Positions 57,880-64,000 of a stretch of 64,000 nt of DNA are shown here, piece by piece. A model generated the notes under the pieces. The model did not search any database, was not told the DNA's origin, and saw only the letters and a list, made by a program, of their open reading frames with translations. Source of the stretch: an uncultured Acidobacteriota bacterium (lineage in GTDB: Bacteria > Acidobacteriota > Terriglobia > Acidiferrales > UBA7541); NCBI GenBank assembly GCA_963812565.1, contig CAWEVR010000006.1, positions 216,199-280,198 of the forward strand, written 5' to 3'. Each line of letters begins with the position of its first letter. Position 1 is the first letter of the stretch. Made by a program: the position numbers and the translations under genes.

Positions 57880-58350
57880 TTACACCGGGTTCTTACGTTC
57901 TTGCCTTTGCTGCATACGAATGTCGCCCCACAACATAAAGAGCGCTGCGATCAACTGTGCGGCCACTCCGCCGGCCGTATCGAGCAGCACGTCGCTGACA
58001 GCCGCCGTGCGCCCGGGAACAAACGACTGATGAAATTCATCGAGCGCCGCATAAGCCGCGACGATGGCCACGGCAGCGACCGCCCAGCCGAGATGCGCCT
58101 CGTTCTTCCCCGCGCGAATCCCCCGAAGAATGAGGAGGCTGAAAATGAAGTACTCCGTAAAGTGGCCGGACTTGCGAATCATATGGTGAATGAATGCCAG
58201 AGTTTCTTGCGACGCGTGGGGCAGGAGCCAGTGAAGGAACGGGAGAATAACCTGCCCTGTGTTGGCGGCCGTAAAAATGCCGGTGGAAAAAATCGAAATA
58301 AGGGCGGCCCAGGCCAGCGCCGGCCACCACAACTTGAGCCAGCGCATCAT
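57880..58350 (-). CDS. VanZ-like family membrane protein
   Basis: 156 aa with four hydrophobic segments, the [15 protein letters not shown] motif, and [11 protein letters not shown]...D typical of VanZ. Its start overlaps the guaB stop by 4 nt. Confidence 0.75.
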   Translation of the reverse strand: MMRWLKLWWPALAWAALISIFSTGIFTAANTGQVILPFLHWLLPHASQETLAFIHHMIRKSGHFTEYFIFSLLILRGIRAGKNEAHLGWAVAAVAIVAAYAALDEFHQSFVPGRTAAVSDVLLDTAGGVAAQLIAALFMLWGDIRMQQRQERKNPV

Positions 58351-59807
58351 TCGAGGCGGTAATTCGGCGCTTCTCGCGTGATGATCACGTCGTGGACGTG
58401 GCTCTCGCGCAGTCCTGCCTGCGAAATGCGAATGAACCGGCTGCGTTCTTGCAGTTCGTTTAAATTCGCCACGCCGCAGTAGCCCATCCCGCTGCGCAAT
58501 CCGCCGACAAGCTGGTCCACAAGCCCGGCGAGCGGCCCCTTGTAAGGGACTTGGCCTTCGATGCCCTCCGGCACCGACTTTCCCGGCTGGGCCAATTCCT
58601 GAGAGTAGCGGTCGGCCGAGCCTGCTTCCATCGCGCCGAGCGAGCCCATGCCGCGATAGGATTTGAACGTGCGGCCCTGGTAGAGAATTGTTTCGCCGGG
58701 AGACTCTTCCGTGCCGGCAAACAGGCCGCCGATCATCACCGTCGCCGCGCCGGCGGCGAGGGCCTTGGTGATGTCGCCCGAGAACTTGATCCCGCCGTCG
58801 GCGATTAGTGGGACGCCGGTTCCTTTTGCAGCGCGCGCACATTCCAGGATAGCCGTAATTTGCGGCACGCCTGCTCCGGTGACTACGCGCGTGGTGCAGA
58901 TGGATCCCGGGCCGATGCCGACCTTGAGGCCGTCAATCCCGAGCGCGACCAAATCGCGCGTGGCCTCGGCTGTCGCCACGTTTCCGGCAATGAGTTGGAT
59001 CTCCGGAAATTTGCGTTTCACTTCGCGGATCGCTTCCATCACGCGCGTGGTATGGCCGTGGGCCGTGTCAATGGCGAGCACGTCCACTTTTTCTCGCGCC
59101 AGCTCCTGTGCGCGCTCGAGGAAATCGCCAGTGGCTCCAATGGCCGCGCCGACGCAAAGACGCCCCTGCTCGTCTTTCGTGGCGCTGGGAAACTCGATTT
59201 TCTTCTGAATGTCCTTTACGGTGATCAGGCCCTTCAGGTTGAAATCCTTGTCCACCACCAGAAGCTTTTCGATGCGGTGCCGTTGCAGGAGGCGCTCTGC
59301 TTCTTCGAGCGTCGTCCCCACGGGGACTGTGATGAGATTGTCTTTCGTCATCACGTTGCTCACCGGCTGATCGAGATTCCGCTCGAAACGCAGGTCCCGG
59401 TTCGTGAGGATGCCCACGAGATGCGTGCCGCGCGTCACGGGCAGGCCCGATACCTTGTACTTCGTCATGATGTCGAGCGCCTGGCGCACGGACATTTCGG
59501 CCGAGATCGTGACGGGGTCCACGATCATGCCGCTCTCCGAGCGTTTCACCTTGTCCACCTCTTCGGCTTGCCGCTCGATGCTCATGTTGCGATGAACGAA
59601 TCCGATGCCGCCCTGGCGGGAGATGGCGATGGCCAGGCGCGAGTCCGTCACGGTGTCCATGGCGGCCGCGACGATCGGAATTTTCAGCGCGATTTTGCGC
59701 GTGAGGCATGTGCGCGTGTCGGTTTGCGTGGGCAATACGGTCGACTTGCCGGGGAGGAGCAGCACGTCGTCAAACGTCAGCCCCTCGGGGATCGCTCCTT
59801 CAATCAT
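58347..59807 (-). CDS. guaB: IMP dehydrogenase
   Basis: [11 protein letters not shown], a CBS pair, the catalytic loop [12 protein letters not shown], and [17 protein letters not shown]. Confidence 0.95.
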   Translation of the reverse strand: MIEGAIPEGLTFDDVLLLPGKSTVLPTQTDTRTCLTRKIALKIPIVAAAMDTVTDSRLAIAISRQGGIGFVHRNMSIERQAEEVDKVKRSESGMIVDPVTISAEMSVRQALDIMTKYKVSGLPVTRGTHLVGILTNRDLRFERNLDQPVSNVMTKDNLITVPVGTTLEEAERLLQRHRIEKLLVVDKDFNLKGLITVKDIQKKIEFPSATKDEQGRLCVGAAIGATGDFLERAQELAREKVDVLAIDTAHGHTTRVMEAIREVKRKFPEIQLIAGNVATAEATRDLVALGIDGLKVGIGPGSICTTRVVTGAGVPQITAILECARAAKGTGVPLIADGGIKFSGDITKALAAGAATVMIGGLFAGTEESPGETILYQGRTFKSYRGMGSLGAMEAGSADRYSQELAQPGKSVPEGIEGQVPYKGPLAGLVDQLVGGLRSGMGYCGVANLNELQERSRFIRISQAGLRESHVHDVIITREAPNYRLE

Positions 59808-59902
59808 TCCTTTTGCACTCCTTAAATTTTGTCCCTATAAACGCCACAGCCCAGCGCGAGGCGCTGGGCTGTGGGAAAATTTCATTGTCGCGAAAGACCC
59901 TC

Positions 59903-61048
59903 ATGCGTAATCGAAGCATTCTAGGCGCATCGCGGATTGAAATCAAGCAACCGCAACCCGCTTTGCAAGTCAAGAGTGAGCGGTCTGCGGGCGGTTGCGC
60001 AAATCAGGCGGAGTCCCTACGATGGAGCGTCGTGAAGGAATTCATTCCACACCGAGTGCTGCGCAACGCGCACGCAATGACGATTGCCGCCAGCTTCTGG
60101 CCGCGGCGGTATCGGCGATTGCCTGCGAGCGTCGAGCGGCTGTTTGAGGTTGCGCCGGGAACGCGCGTGCGCGGCGAATGCCATTGGCAGCCGGAGCCAC
60201 GCACGCGTCCCACACTTGTCCTGCTGCATGGGCTCGAAGGCTCGAGCGAGTCGGATTACATTCTGGGCACGGCCGAAAAGGCCTGGGTCGCGGGATTTAA
60301 CGTGGTCCGGCTAAACCAGCGAAATTGCGGGGGAACGGAGAAGCTGACCCCTTCGCTCTATCATTCCGGCTTAAGCGGTGACATTCGCGCGGTGGTTCTG
60401 GAGTTGATCGAGCGCGACGCACTGCCGGAAGTTTTCGCCGCAGGCTTCTCGATGGGCGGCAATCTCGTTCTGAAAATGGCGGGAGAAATCGGCGACGCAG
60501 CCCCGGCGCAGCTTCGCGCATTCGTGGCAGTGGCGCCGGCGCTCGATCTGGCCGCTTGCGCCGATGCGCTCGCCGAACCGCGCAATTTTATTTACGAGTG
60601 GCATTTTGTGCGCAGCCTGAAGCAAAGCATTCGCAGAAAAGCAGGCCTTTTCCCCGAGCTCTATCCCATCGATGGCCTGAAGCGCGTGCGGACGGTGCGC
60701 GATTTCGATGACGTCGTGACGGCGCGGTTCTGTGGCTTTCGCGGCGCCAGCGACTATTATGAGCAGTCGAGCGCCCGGAGAGTGATTCAAGGCATCCGCA
60801 GGCCCACGCTCATCCTGACGGCCGAGGATGATCCGTTTGTTCCCTACGCGTCTTTTGAGAATCCCGCGATTCGAAAGAATTCGAACATCACGTTTGTTGC
60901 GACTCACCACGGCGGTCATTGCGCGTTCATTTCGAAGGAAGCAGGCGAGGAACGATTCTGGGCCGAAGGGCGCATCGTGGATTTCTGCGCCGGGAATTCG
61001 AATTTGGTCGCCCAAAATCAGGCGATCGGATTTTCGAGCGACGGCTGA
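59903..61048 (+). CDS. Alpha/beta hydrolase (YheT-like)
   Basis: GFSMGGN nucleophile elbow, LLHGLEGSS, and HGGHCAF near the C-terminus. The start is uncertain (ATG 59903, or a downstream GTG near 60030). Confidence 0.8.
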   Translation: MRNRSILGASRIEIKQPQPALQVKSERSAGGCANQAESLRWSVVKEFIPHRVLRNAHAMTIAASFWPRRYRRLPASVERLFEVAPGTRVRGECHWQPEPRTRPTLVLLHGLEGSSESDYILGTAEKAWVAGFNVVRLNQRNCGGTEKLTPSLYHSGLSGDIRAVVLELIERDALPEVFAAGFSMGGNLVLKMAGEIGDAAPAQLRAFVAVAPALDLAACADALAEPRNFIYEWHFVRSLKQSIRRKAGLFPELYPIDGLKRVRTVRDFDDVVTARFCGFRGASDYYEQSSARRVIQGIRRPTLILTAEDDPFVPYASFENPAIRKNSNITFVATHHGGHCAFISKEAGEERFWAEGRIVDFCAGNSNLVAQNQAIGFSSDG

Positions 61049-62322
61049 AAGCCCGGCGTCAAAAGATGCGCCGCGCCGGAATCGGCGATCACCATGTCGT
61101 CTTCGCAACGCAGGCCGTAATCCCCAACAACGTAAATTCCAGGTTCGTTCGAGAAAGTCATGCGCGGCTTCATCAGCGTGTGGTTTCCGCGAACCAAGTA
61201 AGGCGATTCGTGGCCATCGAGGCCGATGCCGTGGCCGAGGCGATGCGTGAAGTATTTGTATCCGGGACCGAATTTGGCGTCGATGATGACTTTGCGCGCG
61301 GCGTCGTCCACGGAGCCACATTCACGGCCGCCCTGGGCAGCTGCAAGCGCGGCATCCTGCGCCCTGCGGACGATTTCAAAAGCGCGGAGAAGTTTGGCGG
61401 ACGGCTTTCCCAGGACGCTCGTGCGCGTAACGTCCGATTCATAACCCTCGACGGAAGTGCCGCCGTCGATCAGGATGCCGACGCCTTCGCGGAGGATTTG
61501 TTCTTCCTGCGTCCCGTGCGGAAGAGCAGCGGACGGACCGAAGAGGACGAGCGCGTAACCTCCGAGTCCCATCTTCGCGTAGCCCTGGGAGATGAGCCCG
61601 GCCACGTCGCGCTGCGTCATGCCGTCGTGGAGAGAGGCGAACGTGGCTTTGTAAACGTCGAACGTGGCGGAGCAGGCGAGGCGCATCACTTCGAGCTCGG
61701 CATCGCTCTTTTGCGCGCGACAGCCCATGGTGATGGGATCGGCGCTCGCGTAATCAGGGACTGGAGCCGCGCGGCGCAACCCATCGAAAAATACAAAGCG
61801 CGTCGTTTGCTCGATGCCGATGCGTCCTGCGCGGATGCCACGCTCGGCGAACCATTTTCCGGCCATGGCGTAGGGTTTTTCGTCTTCTTGCCAGGCACGC
61901 ACTTCGATCGGCCAGCGAAGCTGCTCGTGCAGCCGCCCTTCTTCAAAGGCGGGACAGAGAATGACCGGGTTGCCCTTTTGGGGGATGAGCAACGCGAGAA
62001 TTCGCTCGCTCAAACCCCACCGAAATCCCAGGTAGTAGGAGAGCGTCGTGCCGGGAGTGACGAACATGGCGTCGAAATGGTCCTTGGAATTGCCCATCAA
62101 CTCCTGAGCATGCGCGATGCGGCCCTGAAATTCTTCAATGCGAATTGGCTTCACGCGTTCGCCGAGGGGCTGCAATATTTCAAAAGCCGCGGGCAACGAC
62201 GAAGATGATTCCTGGAAATTTCCGGCGTGTCCCGTGGATGAATTTCCCACAAGCGCGTTCATGGCGACACCGGCCGTTGCGACGGAGGCAGTCTGGAGCA
62301 ATTCGCGCCGCGAAATCTTCAT
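61018..62322 (-). CDS. M24 family Xaa-Pro aminopeptidase with a Tat-type signal
   Basis: MKISRRELLQTASVATAGVA twin-arginine leader, then HRLGHGIGLDGHE and FSNEPGIY metal-ligand blocks. GGAGA lies upstream of ATG 62322. Confidence 0.85.
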   Translation of the reverse strand: MKISRRELLQTASVATAGVAMNALVGNSSTGHAGNFQESSSSLPAAFEILQPLGERVKPIRIEEFQGRIAHAQELMGNSKDHFDAMFVTPGTTLSYYLGFRWGLSERILALLIPQKGNPVILCPAFEEGRLHEQLRWPIEVRAWQEDEKPYAMAGKWFAERGIRAGRIGIEQTTRFVFFDGLRRAAPVPDYASADPITMGCRAQKSDAELEVMRLACSATFDVYKATFASLHDGMTQRDVAGLISQGYAKMGLGGYALVLFGPSAALPHGTQEEQILREGVGILIDGGTSVEGYESDVTRTSVLGKPSAKLLRAFEIVRRAQDAALAAAQGGRECGSVDDAARKVIIDAKFGPGYKYFTHRLGHGIGLDGHESPYLVRGNHTLMKPRMTFSNEPGIYVVGDYGLRCEDDMVIADSGAAHLLTPGFQPSLENPIA

Positions 62323-62342
62323 TCGTTTCTCCGTGGGAGCGA

Positions 62343-64000
62343 TTAATGGAAGTGCGTGATGAGGACAGCGTCGGTGACGGGCTCGCCTCGAGAACAAAGG
62401 ATCTGCTTGCCGTCCGGAGAGAGGGCATAGCCCCAGACGAGACCCGGGCCAAAAGTCATTAGCTGCTTTGAAGGCACCGGCGGCGCTCCGGGGGCGCCGA
62501 CCGGTTGCGCCCAGAGTGTCGAGACGTCATTCTGGTTGACGACGAACAAGAGCGTGCGGCCATCCTTCGTCCAAGCGAGGGTGCTGCCGCCATTGGGGCC
62601 GAGCGTGAAATCCGAAGGCACATCATATGCGACTCGAATCTCGCCGCCCTGGGCACTGAGGATGGCGATTTTCGCGGGCTTGCTGGCATCCGGACGGTAA
62701 ACTGCGGCGAGAGAATTATTGTCCGGCGAAACCACTCCGAATTGGAGCATCTCTTTGCTGAGGATTGCCGGTGCGCCTCCGTCTATACCGACCTTCATCA
62801 GAGTAGCTTGATCGCCGGAAATGTCCGTATAGACAACGAACTTGCCGTCCGGCGAACAGTTGGGCCACATGTCCACGGCACCGGTGGTGAGTTGTTTCAG
62901 ATTCGAGCCATCGAGATCCGCACGCCAAATAGAAATGCCGTGCTGGACGCGATTCAAGCTCAGTACGAAGTGCCGCCCATCGCCGCAAGCGGAAGGGAAG
63001 AGTGGAACATCGGAACCGAAGGGCAAATCGTGGGTGTTGCTGCCGTCCGGGGAAGCGGAAGCAAGCTTCATCACGCCGGACGAGTAATAAGTATAGAGAA
63101 TCTGCTCGGGCAAAGGCCAGATCAGTCCAGCAAGGCCGTCGGCGCGGTTGATCCCGGAGGTCACTTGCCGGCGCTCCGAAAACGGAGGGGCGCTGCCGAA
63201 ACCTGCAGCCCAAAGGTCGCCGGAGAAAGACAACTGAACGGTGGCGAGAGTCGTCCCGTCAGAAGTGATGTTAGCGCTGCGATAATAGTTCAGATCATTC
63301 GTGACGCGGCGCACCTCCCCATCGGGGTAGCTTACATCCCAAAGCTGGGCGTTAAAGGATGACTTGTCCACCGAAGCCGGGAAAATTATGCCGGAGCCGT
63401 CGGGAAGCCATGCCATTCGGCGGGGAGAATCCCATTCGCGGCTGCCGAGGCGAGTTTCCTCGCCAGAATCGACTGCCACGGTCTCGATTATGAAGGTTTG
63501 AAAATCACCCTTGGGACTCTTTGAGACAGCTACGCGCTTACCGTCCGGAGACCACGCAGGGCCCGAAATGTCAAAGAGCATCGGAGGGTGCAAGATAAGG
63601 AGCGGTTTCTCACCGGTGCCGTCGGCGTTGGCGATGAGGAGTGAGGACGTCTTGGCAACTGAAGAGTCGCGGACAAAGACGAAGCGTTTGCCGTCGGGAG
63701 AAAAGCTGATCGGGCTGTCCACGTCCACCATGATCTGGCGCGGCGCTCCGCCGAGAGAAGGAACTTGGTACAGGGTGCTCAAGCCGGTCCCCACCGCCTG
63801 CTTGTTGAAGTAAAGGTAGTTTCCGTCCGGGGAAAAAGTAATCGCGGTGACTTCTCCTTCCGAGCCCGGCAAAACGAGTGCGGTGCTGCCGGTGGCAAGC
63901 TGGCGGACGAAAATGCCGTGCTCTCCTTTTTCATCAGAGACGTAGGCGATCCATTTCCCGTCGGGCGAGACGATGGCTGAATGGACTTCGCCTGTCGAAG
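62343..64000 (-). CDS. PD40/TolB-like beta-propeller repeat protein (5' end lies outside the window)
   Basis: Repeated FSPDGK/SPDGK blades. The reading frame stays open upstream of 63872 to the window edge (STGEVHSAIVSPDGKWIAYVSDEKGEHGIFVRQLATGS...). Confidence 0.8.
   Translation of the reverse strand, partial: STGEVHSAIVSPDGKWIAYVSDEKGEHGIFVRQLATGSTALVLPGSEGEVTAITFSPDGNYLYFNKQAVGTGLSTLYQVPSLGGAPRQIMVDVDSPISFSPDGKRFVFVRDSSVAKTSSLLIANADGTGEKPLLILHPPMLFDISGPAWSPDGKRVAVSKSPKGDFQTFIIETVAVDSGEETRLGSREWDSPRRMAWLPDGSGIIFPASVDKSSFNAQLWDVSYPDGEVRRVTNDLNYYRSANITSDGTTLATVQLSFSGDLWAAGFGSAPPFSERRQVTSGINRADGLAGLIWPLPEQILYTYYSSGVMKLASASPDGSNTHDLPFGSDVPLFPSACGDGRHFVLSLNRVQHGISIWRADLDGSNLKQLTTGAVDMWPNCSPDGKFVVYTDISGDQATLMKVGIDGGAPAILSKEMLQFGVVSPDNNSLAAVYRPDASKPAKIAILSAQGGEIRVAYDVPSDFTLGPNGGSTLAWTKDGRTLLFVVNQNDVSTLWAQPVGAPGAPPVPSKQLMTFGPGLVWGYALSPDGKQILCSRGEPVTDAVLITHFH

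Overview
This is a GC-rich bacterial chromosomal segment (GC content judged by eye, not computed). No rRNA, tRNA or CRISPR array was recognised. The gene content resembles Acidobacteriota: a Ser/Thr kinase with a TolB-N/TPR tail, PD40 propellers, and Lys/Ala-tailed ribosomal proteins. That assignment is inference only.

Layout from left to right:
- 1-15300: recA 3' end, a PBP transpeptidase, an esterase, an M23 peptidase and a Ser/Thr kinase. Then a small ORF plus an RRE-like/SagB-type dehydrogenase, the korAB 2-oxoacid:ferredoxin oxidoreductase, a GNAT, lexA, a bactofilin and a MarR regulator.
- About 15300-19100: a visibly AT-richer islet. It holds a PD-(D/E)xK-like ORF, a small secreted protein and a secreted M23/SH3b peptidase.
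- 19250-25000: a zone rich in structured interspersed repeats. It surrounds an orphan STAS gene and a TetR-controlled three-gene SDR operon.
- 25000-25800: a few small AT-rich ORFs.
- 26015-30244: rplM-rpsI-rpsB-tsf-pyrH-frr.
- 30305-30806: a 158-bp tandem structured repeat array.
- 30825-34049: a large transglutaminase/TPR protein on the minus strand.
- 34778-55641: the complete str-S10-spc-alpha ribosomal superoperon, rpsL to rplQ, including secY, adk, map, infA, rpmJ and rpoA.
- 55716-64000: a minus-strand block with an M61 peptidase, VanZ, guaB, an M24 peptidase and a PD40 propeller, plus one plus-strand alpha/beta hydrolase.

The observations most worth a second look:
1. A two-gene cassette of a small ORF and an RRE-like/SagB dehydrogenase, with no YcaO partner in the window.
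2. An extra 112-aa, very basic, Cys-containing ORF between rplB and rpsS.
3. A family of nested-palindrome repeat modules that show compensatory covariation between copies. One copy appears to sit in frame inside the MarR coding sequence.
4. The AT-rich islet with the PD-(D/E)xK ORF and the M23 peptidase.
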